DNA from: Thraustochytrium aureum
Lineage: Eukaryota
Assembly (NCBI GenBank): GCA_012862495.1
Contig: BLSG01000428.1
Coordinates: forward strand, 62,001-102,439
Reading direction: 5' to 3'
DNA: 40,439 bases
This document shows, piece after piece, positions 1-9,602 of the stretch. The position numbers were made by a program, and so were the translations under genes. The stretch's first letter is position 1, and every line of letters starts with the position of its first letter. The notes beneath the pieces are model-generated. The model was not told the DNA's origin, searched no databases, and saw only the letters and a list, made by a program, of their open reading frames with translations.

Positions 1-377
1 AGTTCGAGCTGGCCGCCCCACTCTGCGAGCTCGCGCATCGTTTCGCAATAGGTTTCAAACGACTCGGACTCGTCCAGAAAGGGCGCAAAGCCGCTCTCGT
101 CGGCCTCTATCGTGTCAACGGCGAGCTGGCGGATGTCAAAGTGCTTGCTTTGCGTGCCGTGCAGTTGAAAGCTCACCGCACGGAATAGGCAGTTGCCATC
201 GAACTTGATCTCGACGACCTGGAGGCCGCGCCGCAGGAGCTGATCTCGCAGGGCGCTGTCTGCGTCGACATGGCGCGTCTTGCGCTGTTGCGCGCTTGCT
301 GCCTTTTTCCCTTCCGCTTTGGCACTCTTGCCGCGCAAGTGAGGGCTCTGTTTGGCGCCCTTTGGTCCCTTGCCCAT
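1..377 (-). CDS. OTU-domain deubiquitinase (OTUD3-like), 5' part; runs off the window start
   Basis: Not in the ORF track. Manual translation from ATG at 377: MGKGPKGAKQ...LRDQLLRRGLQVVEIKFDGNCLFRAVSFQLHGTQSKHFDIRQLAVDTIEADESGFAPFLDESESFETYCETMRELAEWGGQLE. Has the OTU catalytic DGNCLFRA motif and the WGG-x-E motif. Confidence 0.92.
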   Translation of the reverse strand, partial: MGKGPKGAKQSPHLRGKSAKAEGKKAASAQQRKTRHVDADSALRDQLLRRGLQVVEIKFDGNCLFRAVSFQLHGTQSKHFDIRQLAVDTIEADESGFAPFLDESESFETYCETMRELAEWGGQLE

Positions 378-964
378 GTGCGCCAGCGGTCGCGCGGCAC
401 CAGCACCGATCGTTCGTTCCACTGGCGTGCCCTGTCCCTGGTCGCACGAGCCCACGATCCAACCCTCCCCTGGGTTGGACGGACAGTGATCGGCTTGCGC
501 AGCGAGCGCGTGCGATTTGTGGCAGGCCCAGACCAGCGCTGGCTGGCTGGCCAGCGCAGGGACTTTGTTGGTCGTGAGGATTCTCGTGCGAAGTTGCGAC
601 GAAGTTGAGACGAAGATGAGAGCAAGACAGCTCGAGCGGTGGTGGCGCGCCTCGGCAGCGAGCCAGATCTGCTGCGATGGAAGCACAAATCGGCGCTTGC
701 TCGTTTCGTTCGTTGCTGTTTTCAGCGGAGAAGCATCCTCTCATCATGCACCAACAACCCCAGCAGACCCCAAGCAGGCAAGCGCAGCGACTGCGAGAGC
801 CACCCGCGCACAGCCCAGGAGCAACGCCCACGGACCCATCCATCCATCCGGATACGCACTCGTAAGTTTGCTTCGCGAGCTCGCGCGCCGCTCACAGAAG
901 GCGCTTGGTTGCAGCAAGCCACGAACAGCGCAACGGCGGCCGGCTAACCTTGCCGCGCGCCCCC

Positions 965-1009
965 AGCAGCCGCAGCGAGAGCAGCCGCAGCGAGAGCAGC
1001 CGAAGCGAG
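965..1009 (+). repeat. Short 15-bp tandem repeat (AGCAGCCGCAGCGAG, about 3 copies) just upstream of the CBS start
   Basis: Directly visible: agcagccgcagcgag agcagccgcagcgag agcagccgaagcgag. Confidence 0.7.
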
Positions 1010-1028
1010 CGAACCAACCTTAGGTGCG

Positions 1029-2608
1029 ATGGCGCAGACCACGACGGACGGCAAGCGTCCGCCTGCCGTTGACGAGTATGTGATGGAAACCATTCTCGAC
1101 AACATCGGGCGCACGCCGCTCGTGCAGCTCAACAGAGTCAACAAGAGCGCCGGCCTGAAGTGCCGCATGCTCGCCAAGTGCGAGTTTTTCAACTCAGGGG
1201 GCTCGGTGAAGGACCGCATCGGGCTGCGCATGGTCGAGGACGCGGAGAAGTCTGGCCGCATCAAGCCTGGGGACACCCTGATCGAACCCACCTCGGGAAA
1301 CACGGGCATCGGCCTGGCCCTGGCAGCTGCGATCAAGGGCTATCGCATGATCATCACGCTACCGGAGAAGATGAGTCAGGAAAAGGTCGACGTGCTCAAA
1401 GCGCTGGGCGCGGAGATCATCCGCACGCCGACGGAGGCCGCGTTTGACTCGCCTGAGTCGCACATTGGCGTCGCGCGACGACTCAACTCGGAGATCCCCA
1501 ACTCGCACATCTTGGATCAATACACCAACCCCTCCAACCCGGCGGCGCACTACGAGGGCACAGCGGAGGAGATTCTTCGCCAGACTGGCGGAAAGGTTGA
1601 CATGGTCGTGGTGTCCGCCGGCACGGGCGGGACCATCTCTGGTAAGTTGGGCGAGGAGCGAACCAGGTTCTGAGCCAAGGGGAGCGTTGTGAGTTCACCA
1701 CTGACGCGTGCCCTCTGTCTGCCTCAGGCATTGCCAAGAAGCTCAAGGAGCGGCTCCCCAACGTCAAGGTCGTCGGCGTTGACCCCGTCGGGTCTATCCT
1801 CGCGCAGCCAGAGTCGCTCAACGACCGGAACCGCCTTCAACCCTACAAGGTGGAAGGCATCGGCTACGATTTCATCCCGGACGTGCTGGACAGGAGCCTT
1901 GTCGACGAGTGGATCAAGAGCGAAGACAAGGAGAGCTTCCTCATGGCGCGCCGCCTCATCCGCGAAGAGGGCCTCCTTTGCGGCGGGTCCTGCGGCGCTG
2001 CCGTCTCGGCTGCGCTCATCGCAGCGAAGAACCTGTCCGAGGACCAGACCTGTGTGGTTATCCTCCCGGACAGCGTGCGCAACTACATGACAAAGTTCCT
2101 AAACGAGGGCTGGATGGTCGAGTCCGGCTTCATGCCGCCCCCCGACTCTCTGGACACTATCGAGTGGTGGTCCTCCAAGACTGTTGCCCAGCTCAAGCCG
2201 TCCACGCCCTGCACCATCACGCCAGAGGTTTCGGTCCGCAAAGCGGTGAAGATCTTGCGCGACAAGAACTTTGACCAGCTCCCTGTTGTTGGTGCAAATG
2301 GGGGCATTGAAGGCGTCGTCACCTCGGGCAACATGAACAGCCTCTTGCTCAGAAAGCAGGTCAGCCCGGAAGACTCGGTCATGAAAGCGCTGTACAAGCA
2401 GTTCAAGCAAGTGACCATGGAGACCCCGCTGTGGAAACTGGGCCAAATTTTCGACAAGGACCATTTCGCGCTTGTGACCCAGTCGCAGACCTGCTACGGG
2501 CCGGAGGGCGAGTCCGAGGAGCGCTACTTCATCACGGGCGTGGTGTCGCGCGTGGATTTACTCAAGTTTATCACCAATGAAGGCGAGCCTGCGTCGCCTA
2601 GAAACTAG
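1029..2608 (+). CDS. CBS: Cystathionine beta-synthase, 2 exons (1029-1641, 1728-2608), about 497 aa, with C-terminal CBS (Bateman) domains
   Basis: PLP motifs [25 protein letters not shown] and [17 protein letters not shown] (joined across the intron), then EGIGYDFIP and [15 protein letters not shown]-terminal CBS pair (FDQLPVV...[13 protein letters not shown]). Splicing joins the two ORF-track pieces in frame. Confidence 0.96.
1642..1727 (+). other. Spliceosomal intron in CBS (86 nt, phase 1)
   Basis: GTAAGT donor at 1642, CTGAC branch at 1701-1705, pyrimidine tract and CAG ending at 1727. Removal restores G-I-A-K-K-L-K. Confidence 0.95.
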
Positions 2609-2820
2609 CCCTCCCCGGAGCACTCGGCACGATGAAGATGCAACAGAAGAGATAGAGTCAAATCAACCATTACAGAGTACACTCAGTACTCGTCTGTGTA
2701 CGTGCGAGCGCGGATCCAACGTCTCCAAGCACCCGGTCGGAAGGGCGATTTCCTTTCAGGGTTGCCGTTCTCGTCGGGAAGTGTTGGCCCTGTTGGGGCT
2801 TTGTGACTTACAAAACAGCG

Positions 2821-2930
2821 CAAGCCAACGGCGGCAGCGCAACAAGCCAACGGCGGCAGCGCAACAACCAAGGGGCAGCGCAACAAGCCAAGCCAACGGC
2901 GGCAGCGCAACAAGCCAACGGCGGCGCGCA
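2821..2930. repeat. 22-bp minisatellite (CAAGCCAACGGCGGCAGCGCAA, about 5 degenerate copies)
   Basis: Tandem copies visible from 2821, lying immediately downstream of the minus-strand tRNA. Confidence 0.85.
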
Positions 2931-2953
2931 ACAAAACAGGGCAACAAAAGATG

Positions 2954-3026
2954 TGCTCCCACGCGGATTCGAACCACGGACCTTTTGATTACGAATCAAA
3001 TGCTCTACCACCTGAGCTATAGGAGC
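2954..3026 (-). tRNA. tRNA-Thr (anticodon CGT), copy 1
   Basis: Reverse complement GCTCCTATAGCTCAGGTGGTAGAGCATTTGATTCGTAATCAAAAGGTCCGTGGTTCGAATCCGCGTGGGAGCA. D-loop GGTAGAGC, anticodon stem TTTGA/TCAAA with loop TT-CGT-AA, T-loop GTTCGAATC, followed by TTTT (Pol III terminator). Confidence 0.96.
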
Positions 3027-3168
3027 TTCACTACTTGGTTACTGATGCATCGGCCGCACTTCATTATGTATCCTCAGTACCTTTTCGCAAAGGAGGCAAG
3101 TGGGTACGGAGTAGAGACAATGTATCAAGACCCGGAATTTTCCCGGGGATAACCAAGCAGGGCATTGG

Positions 3169-3241
3169 GCTCCTATAGCTCAGGTGGTAGAGCATTTGAT
3201 TCGTAATCAAAAGGTCCGTGGTTCGAATCCGCGTGGGAGCA
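3169..3241 (+). tRNA. tRNA-Thr (anticodon CGT), copy 2, identical to copy 1 and divergently oriented
   Basis: Same 73-nt sequence on the + strand, followed by CTTCTTTTT (Pol III terminator). Confidence 0.96.
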
Positions 3242-3259
3242 CTTCTTTTTGCCTATTTT

Positions 3260-5827
3260 TTATGGTGCACAGGACCAGAACGCTGTTGGGACCCATTCTT
3301 GCGAAATCCAAGCTCGCTCCAAGTCACCAATGCAGTGCCGCGCAAGAAAATCCACCAGCGTGGTTGCCCGTTGCAAAGCAACATCAATTCCACCCAGGTC
3401 TACCTCCTGCACGTCGTCGATATTCGTAGCTCGCCTGCTCAAGTCTTCAGGCACACCATGCGCCATCGGGCCAACCAAAGCAGCGATTGGAGTCCTTGAG
3501 GCCTTGAGAATCCCGCTGAGGCGCGGTGAACCCATCGCGAGACGCTCTGCTGCAGCAACAACGCGAGCCAGAAAATCAGACTTGTCGCGCGGCTCAGCAA
3601 CGGGCGATCCTTGCGTTGCACGGCGCGCGACGCGCAAAAGCCGCGTCGCCAATTGGCGCACCTGGAAAACACCCATCTCGTCATCACCTCGCGCAGCACA
3701 AGAATCGAGCACGGCATCAGGGAGCTCTCCGGCCATCGCAAGACCTACCAACAGGTCGAACTGCCACGGCGGCGGCCCAGCGACCGCCTCGTCAGGTTTC
3801 TCCGTTATTTCGTCAACGAGCTCCTCAAGCAGCTCGCAGGAATCCACAGACCCCAAAAGCAGCTCGCGCTGACGCTGTCCGGCGAAGAGGAGCTGATGGA
3901 ACGCAACCCTCGCCGCATTGACGTCCAGCCCGCTCAAGGGCAACAAGGTGGCTTTGACCGCTGCGTGCAACAGGTGCTCGGTGGAGGGACCTCCAAGCTT
4001 TGCAGCCCCCAGCGCAGTGCAGCACATAGCCCTGCACGCCTGCGGGCCAAGAAGCTCGCCGTGCTCGATAACAACCTCATGGGCAGCCGCAACATCCATT
4101 TCCAGCAGAGCAACGAGAAGCATAAAACCGGCCGTGCCGGTGCCGTCGCGAGACTCGGCAAGCACGGATACCTTTGCGAGCGAGGCCAACTCCCTTCCAA
4201 GCGCTTGGACAACGGCAAACTTAGCCTGCGGGTTCCGCAACGCCGCGTGACATACCTCCGCTGCACTTTGCAGGGCCGCTGGTTGAGACCCAGGTCCGCA
4301 GACCAGGCTAGAACAAACCGCAGTCGCCAGCTCGGGGGTTGCTGCAGCAACAATTGCTCGGAGACCTCTCACGGCCCAGCGCTTCGCTTGCCGCAGACTG
4401 GTCCCCACTTGCGTTGGTGGAAACCGCCCAGCAACCACATGGCTGAGCAACACGGCAACGTCCTCCAGGGCTAAGGCATTCTCGCTCGGAAAGTCCTGCC
4501 TGCGCATGTGGCACGGCTCAGCGCCTGCCCAACTCCAGAGACCATTTGATCCTGGTACCGGGCAAAAGCGCTCTGGGTCGAGGTTGTCACCTGGTGCAAC
4601 GCCGCCTTCCACTTTGGTGCAGCCTCCCAAGCACAGGGTTGGCCGGCGCAGACTCCCTTTGGAGGCCTCGGGCACTGCGACAAAGGCGACGCCACGACCG
4701 TGCGGAGATGCAGACAGGGCACCTAGCATCCCCAACAGACACGCCAGGTCGCTGCCGCAAACGCGGGCAGCAGCTTGTGCATGGGGAGACTCGCGGTGGC
4801 GCTTTGCAAGTGAGCGCAAGGAGCTAGCAGCGTGGAGCAAAAGATGCGCCAAGCCGCTGGAAACAATATCCCAGCACAATTGCTGAGGACAATTGACCTG
4901 CGCAAGCCATACAGCAAACCAGTCGGCGCTAGCGTCACCGCACGCGCTGGTCAGAAGAGACCACCACGGCAGCTCGGCGGCTTGGATCTGCACCGTCTGG
5001 GTTTGCGCTGCTGCTGCTGCTCCTGCTGCTGTTGCTGCTGTTGCTGCTGTTGCTGATGGAGGGGCACTGACGAGGATCTCAAAGGTGCCCAGCCGCGCGC
5101 GACGCGCTGCTGGGTCATCAGAAGCCAAGGCCGCCGGCTCCCGCGCCGCGTCCGCGCTCAGCATTGTCGACAGACATCTTGCAAGCTGCTTGCGCTCCGC
5201 GAGACCGCGTGCTCGCCTCGCCTGGGCCAGCACACCCAGATAAATCTCACAGGCCTGCTTGCCGCGGGACTGCTCAAACATCTCGCAAACCCGCACGATT
5301 GGTTCGCAGGCTTGAGCATCCTTTGCTGGTCCGTTCTTGACTGTTGCCGCAGCTGCGCGAAGCATTGCGTCCAGGAGTTGTGCCCACAGGTCACTGAAAC
5401 AAAGGTCAACAGCGCTGATCTGAGACAGCCCGTCCTGACCGGCCCAGGCCTGCAACGCGTCTGCCTTACTGCGCTCCATGAGCGCTTCGAGATGCGCCCT
5501 TGGCGGAACTTTGGCGGTCAGGCACGCATTCAGCATCAGCGCTTCAGCCTCGGCGTCTGTCGCGGACTTGGCGCGCAATTTTGCGGCGCGCTCGCCCTTC
5601 TCGAACGCAGAGAGAGCCAGCTCGCGCCACTTATGGCCTGCTAGAGCCACGATTTGCTCGCAAGCGTCTAGCCCCTCGGTATCCTCGACGCGTCGAAGCG
5701 CGGACCGAGCTAGCCTGAGCGACAGCCTGTCTAGGGCGGCGCCGAAGTGCTCTTCCACCACCTCGCGCGCCGCTTCGAGTTGGGCGCCGGGCGGCCGCCC
5801 TGCTGGCGGCGCCCGAAACCCGTCCAT
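3260..5827 (-). CDS. Large alpha-helical protein (about 855 aa from the ATG at 5827), possibly a divergent Broad-minded/TBC1D32-like protein
   Basis: Uninterrupted ORF of 898 codons, Leu/Ala-rich and helical. The segment LSQISAVDLCFSDLWAQLLD...VCEMFEQSRGKQACEIYLGV and C-terminal CIGDLERAW resemble my recollection of TBC1D32. Coding status is likely; the family call is weak. Confidence 0.55.
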   Translation of the reverse strand: MDGFRAPPAGRPPGAQLEAAREVVEEHFGAALDRLSLRLARSALRRVEDTEGLDACEQIVALAGHKWRELALSAFEKGERAAKLRAKSATDAEAEALMLNACLTAKVPPRAHLEALMERSKADALQAWAGQDGLSQISAVDLCFSDLWAQLLDAMLRAAAATVKNGPAKDAQACEPIVRVCEMFEQSRGKQACEIYLGVLAQARRARGLAERKQLARCLSTMLSADAAREPAALASDDPAARRARLGTFEILVSAPPSATAATAATAAGAAAAAQTQTVQIQAAELPWWSLLTSACGDASADWFAVWLAQVNCPQQLCWDIVSSGLAHLLLHAASSLRSLAKRHRESPHAQAAARVCGSDLACLLGMLGALSASPHGRGVAFVAVPEASKGSLRRPTLCLGGCTKVEGGVAPGDNLDPERFCPVPGSNGLWSWAGAEPCHMRRQDFPSENALALEDVAVLLSHVVAGRFPPTQVGTSLRQAKRWAVRGLRAIVAAATPELATAVCSSLVCGPGSQPAALQSAAEVCHAALRNPQAKFAVVQALGRELASLAKVSVLAESRDGTGTAGFMLLVALLEMDVAAAHEVVIEHGELLGPQACRAMCCTALGAAKLGGPSTEHLLHAAVKATLLPLSGLDVNAARVAFHQLLFAGQRQRELLLGSVDSCELLEELVDEITEKPDEAVAGPPPWQFDLLVGLAMAGELPDAVLDSCAARGDDEMGVFQVRQLATRLLRVARRATQGSPVAEPRDKSDFLARVVAAAERLAMGSPRLSGILKASRTPIAALVGPMAHGVPEDLSRRATNIDDVQEVDLGGIDVALQRATTLVDFLARHCIGDLERAWISQEWVPTAFWSCAP

Positions 5828-6553
5828 CTGGCTCAGCAAGCCGTGTGCTGGATGGACGACCGCCGCTTGCGCACGGCGCGGCCGCCTGCCTGTTGCCAGC
5901 AAGAAAGCGGTTTGCCAACGAGAACACTGTCGGAGGATTCCGTGCCCACCGCGCAAATTTTTGACCAGATTTGGTCGTGGGTTTGGTCCTTGTCACGAGT
6001 CCCTTCTTCGAGCGACCCCGCGTTCGTGTCGTCGATGCGCGGCGGGCGTTTTGGACCCTCGATCTTGGCCAGGCAAGTGCTCGAATCAGTCCCTTCTTCN
6101 NNNNNNNNNNNNNNNNNNNNNNNNNNNNNNNNNNNNNNNNNNNNNNNNNNNNNNNNNNNNNNNNNNNNNNNNNNNNNNNNNNNNNNNNNNNNNNNNNNNN
6201 NNNNNNNNNNNNNNNNNNNNNNNNNNNNNNNNNNNNNNNNNNNNNNNNNNNNNNNNNNNNNNNNNNNNNNNNNNNNNNNNNNNNNNNNNNNNNNNNNNNN
6301 NNNNNNNNNNNNNNNATGATCCACAGGCCTTTCGCACCTACTTACTTTGTGCAACAACAGCAGACAGACTTTGTGCGCAGCGAGCGCGGCAGCGCTCAAA
6401 CCGCGTGGGTTCGGATCGACAACTGAGGTGCGTGCGTGCGTGCCTCCGGGAGGCTCACAAAGGCCCTGTCTGGCTTCTCTGAGAACCCTTTGATACCGTC
6501 GTCGCCAGCACTTCAGTAGGTTCGCAGGCGCTCTAGAGGCAGGCACCGCCGAG

Positions 6554-7546
6554 ATGGAAGGCGCAAACTCGGTCGAGACCCCGCTCTCCTCCGACGTGTC
6601 CGCGATCAGAGCCAACTTTGAGCGCGACGGCTGTGCTGTCGTTCCTGGCTTCGCCGCGAAGGAAGAGTGCGATGCGCTTCGCGCTCGAATTGTAGAGCTC
6701 GTGAAAGACTGGGCAGACCCGCCGCCCGAGGCTGGAGGAGCCGGGGTTTTTCGCACCGATGAGGGCCAGACGGCTGCGCAAGGCGCAGAGGACTACTTCA
6801 TCTCGAGTGCCTGCAAAGTGCGATTTTTTTGGGAAGCAGACGCCGCAAAGGTCGTCCATGCGGACGACCCCGAGCAGACCCTCTTGCAGCTCAACAAAAT
6901 CGGTCACGGCTTGCACGAGGCCGACCCGGTGTTCCGCGCCTACAGTCACTCGAGCAAGGTGGTTGACCTGGTGCACGGCCTTGGGTGGCGCGACCCCGTG
7001 CTCCCGCAGAGCATGTATATCGTTAAAAACCCAAGAATTGGCGGTGAGGTGACGGCGCACCAAGACTCAACATTTTTGTTCACCGAGCCTCGCCCAACGT
7101 GCCTCGGACTCTGGCTCGCCCTGGACGACTGTGACCTGGAGAACGGCTGCCTCTGGTATCGCCCGGGGTCGCACTCTGACCCCGTTCGACGGCATTTTGC
7201 ACGCCAAAAGAACGCGGACGGGTCCGTCAAGATCGAGTTCGAACAGCTCGTTCCTGACAGCGAGATGACGCCGCTGGAAGGCAAGCCGCTTCAGAGCGAA
7301 GGGGCGCACGAGCGGCTGCGCGAGCTTGGGTTTGTGCATGTCGAGTGCAAGGCGGGCGACCTGGTTCTAATCCATGGCCAGGTTGAGCACTTGTCGCTGC
7401 CGAACCGCAGCGACCGCCAGCGCCACTCGTTTCAGTTGCATCTTGTCGAGGGTCCAGGTGAAGGCGTGGAGTGGAGTGCGCGCAACTGGCTGCAATACCC
7501 AGAAGGCCAAGGATTCGCCAAGCTCAGCCTGGCGGCCAGCAACTGA
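6554..7546 (+). CDS. PHYHD1: Phytanoyl-CoA dioxygenase domain-containing protein 1-like (Fe/2OG dioxygenase, PhyH family)
   Basis: LNKIGHGLH, QSMYIVKNPRIGGEVTAHQDSTFLFTEP (HxD), GLWLALDDCDLENGCLW, GDLVLIHGQVEHLS (distal His), NRS..R and WSARNWLQ. Confidence 0.9.
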   Translation: MEGANSVETPLSSDVSAIRANFERDGCAVVPGFAAKEECDALRARIVELVKDWADPPPEAGGAGVFRTDEGQTAAQGAEDYFISSACKVRFFWEADAAKVVHADDPEQTLLQLNKIGHGLHEADPVFRAYSHSSKVVDLVHGLGWRDPVLPQSMYIVKNPRIGGEVTAHQDSTFLFTEPRPTCLGLWLALDDCDLENGCLWYRPGSHSDPVRRHFARQKNADGSVKIEFEQLVPDSEMTPLEGKPLQSEGAHERLRELGFVHVECKAGDLVLIHGQVEHLSLPNRSDRQRHSFQLHLVEGPGEGVEWSARNWLQYPEGQGFAKLSLAASN

Positions 7547-7936
7547 CTCCTGCCACCACCAGAGCAGCGCAAGCCGAAGCCGCAAGCAAAATCGGTTCTT
7601 CAGTGAGAGTGAATAGTTCCTTCCTTCCCTTGAACGTTGCTACTCGATCGAGACGTTTGCAAACTTCGGAAAAGACAACAACCCGCGCGCGCTCAGCGAC
7701 AGAGCGGCCCTGCCGTGCGGCAGCAGCGACTGCCCTCGTGAGTGGGCTTCGCTCTCTGGTGGGCGAGGCCGGGGTGCGCACGCAGTTCGAGGTTGCGATT
7801 GTCGCTGTTGGGTGGTGCACCCAAATGCTTGGCAGAAAACCAGAGTCGAACGGCGGCGAGCCGCAGCCCGCCCTCGAGTACGCAAGAAGGAGAGGCGGCG
7901 CCTGCTTCCCAAGCGCGCGAAGCCGGCATCGAAGAG

Positions 7937-9043
7937 ATGGCCGCCCCGGACGACAGCAGCCACGCTGTTGTCGTAGAAGGGGTCGAGTGCGAACGAGTGG
8001 CGAAACCGACAGATCGCGACAAGGCCGTTGGCACTGGGCCAGCCCGTTTAGCGTGCGAGGCCGCCGTCTGCTGTCTGAAAGATCAACTCCTATTCCCTAG
8101 TGCTTCGCTTATCGGTGTCGGGGCTGTGCTCGGCGTTCTGGCAAGAATCGGCCTGGAGCGCGCCTCGGCCTTCGAGCCCCTGGCGTTCGCGCTTGCAAAC
8201 TTTGCTGGGACCGTCGTGCTGGCCTACTTGTTCGCGCACCGTCGACACGTTACCTACGCTCCCTTGTACGCTGGGATAGGGACAGGCTTTTGCGGCTCGC
8301 TCACAACCTTTAGTTCTTGGGAGGACGCCGCAGGCAACTTGATCGTTCCTGTCCCTTCATCGCTCTCCCCAAGCGAGCGCGCCTACACTTGGTTCCAGGT
8401 ACAGATTTTGGGCATTGCGGTGGCCCTCATGGGGTGGGACTTTGGCACACACGCCGCCATTCTAACTTGCTGCAGGGATCCCAAATCAAGCGCTGCGCAG
8501 GCCGATGGAAGCAACGACACGAAAAGCGCGTTTCACGGCTCAAGTAGCACGTGCTCTCTGCCCGGCGTTGGGGCGATTCTGCTGGGCATTCTGGTTGCCG
8601 TGCTTGTTGCCACGCTCGCTGCAATCGAGCAGACAGAGGTGCTTTTCGCCCTCTGCTGGGGTCCATTTGGGGCGTGGCTTCGATGGCGCCTCTCAAAGTT
8701 CAACGTGATTCACTCTGGCTTTCCCCTCGGAACCTTTGCTGGCAACATGCTTGGAGCGGCACTTATCGCCTCCGCATTTGTTCTTGGCTGCACCATCAGG
8801 CCAGACAACGTTCAATGCTCGGTTCTCAAAGGGTTCTCTGATGGGTTTTGCGGCGCATTGACGACTGTGAGCACCTTTGTGTCTGAGCTAAAAGGCCTGC
8901 AGTTGCGCCAGGCCTACATCTACGGTGTTGTCTCGGTCCTTGTGGCCCAACTTCTTGTGATAGTGATCACGGGCGGCTACATTTGGTCTCTTGGATCTGA
9001 AATGCAAGTGGAAGGCTCTTGCTCAGTTCCCAGCTCCAGCTAG
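7937..9043 (+). CDS. FEX1: Fluoride export protein FEX (tandem CrcB/Fluc domains)
   Basis: Two Fluc signatures, GIGTGFCGSLTTFSSW and GFSDGFCGALTTVSTF, plus GVLARIGL, ANFAG, GPFGAWLRWRL and GTFAGN. First in-frame ATG is at 7937. Confidence 0.92.
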   Translation: MAAPDDSSHAVVVEGVECERVAKPTDRDKAVGTGPARLACEAAVCCLKDQLLFPSASLIGVGAVLGVLARIGLERASAFEPLAFALANFAGTVVLAYLFAHRRHVTYAPLYAGIGTGFCGSLTTFSSWEDAAGNLIVPVPSSLSPSERAYTWFQVQILGIAVALMGWDFGTHAAILTCCRDPKSSAAQADGSNDTKSAFHGSSSTCSLPGVGAILLGILVAVLVATLAAIEQTEVLFALCWGPFGAWLRWRLSKFNVIHSGFPLGTFAGNMLGAALIASAFVLGCTIRPDNVQCSVLKGFSDGFCGALTTVSTFVSELKGLQLRQAYIYGVVSVLVAQLLVIVITGGYIWSLGSEMQVEGSCSVPSSS

Positions 9044-9602
9044 CGCTTTGCTTTGCCCCTTGCTCGTGCGTGGTCTTGGTGGAACTGTGCTGCCCGAGCG
9101 AATGCCATTCGTCCCAACGAGTGGCCGTTGGTGACCGACCCATCGTGTGGCCGCGCCGCGGCGATTCCCAAAGCTGTTCAACTCTTTTGATCAATCAAAA
9201 AAGAAAAAAGCACAAAAACATGCAGCTTCTGTAACGTGTCGCTCTCCGGCAAGACCTTCTAACCTACCCTTCGTGATCGAGGCCACTGTTGGCTAGGGCA
9301 CGCAGCCTTCAGCCGGTTCTCTCCAGCTGCTCCATCAATGGGCTGCTTGGTGCAACTGATTCGATCCGCGGGTGATCGTCAACACACTTCGCCAGGGACA
9401 CTTGGCGCCAACATCGGAAGGCCATCATTCGCCAGGCAATCCGCCATGTTAGACTTTAGGACGTCAGCCGAGCTCCTACAGGACTGGTCTGGCGGCTCTT
9501 GGGCCCGCGGCCTCCGTCGCGCGCAGAGGTGTCCCGTCACAGGCTGCCCTTTCCGTTCGTACACCACGGTTTTTGACAAAAAAACAATTTTCGAGATAGT
9601 TT

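Noticed and set aside
136..843. ORF-track proteins 136-843, 173-688, 270-608 and 517-1023
   Set aside because: Shadow frames in GC-rich DNA; the real gene is the OTU frame starting at 377.
2626..2665. SECIS element in the CBS 3'UTR (ATGA...GA)
   Set aside because: No proper stem between the motifs and no in-frame TGA in CBS.
2821..2930. CRISPR-like array
   Set aside because: Units are directly tandem with no unique spacers, there are no cas genes, and the context is eukaryotic.
5007..5056. (GCT/GTT) triplet repeat giving poly-Cys in a + strand ORF
   Set aside because: It is the antisense of a coding TAATAATAAGAAAAA low-complexity linker in the minus-strand gene.
9240..9600. Short ORFs between the FEX and CFAP69 3' ends
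   Set aside because: No motif support; consistent with 3'UTRs of convergent genes.
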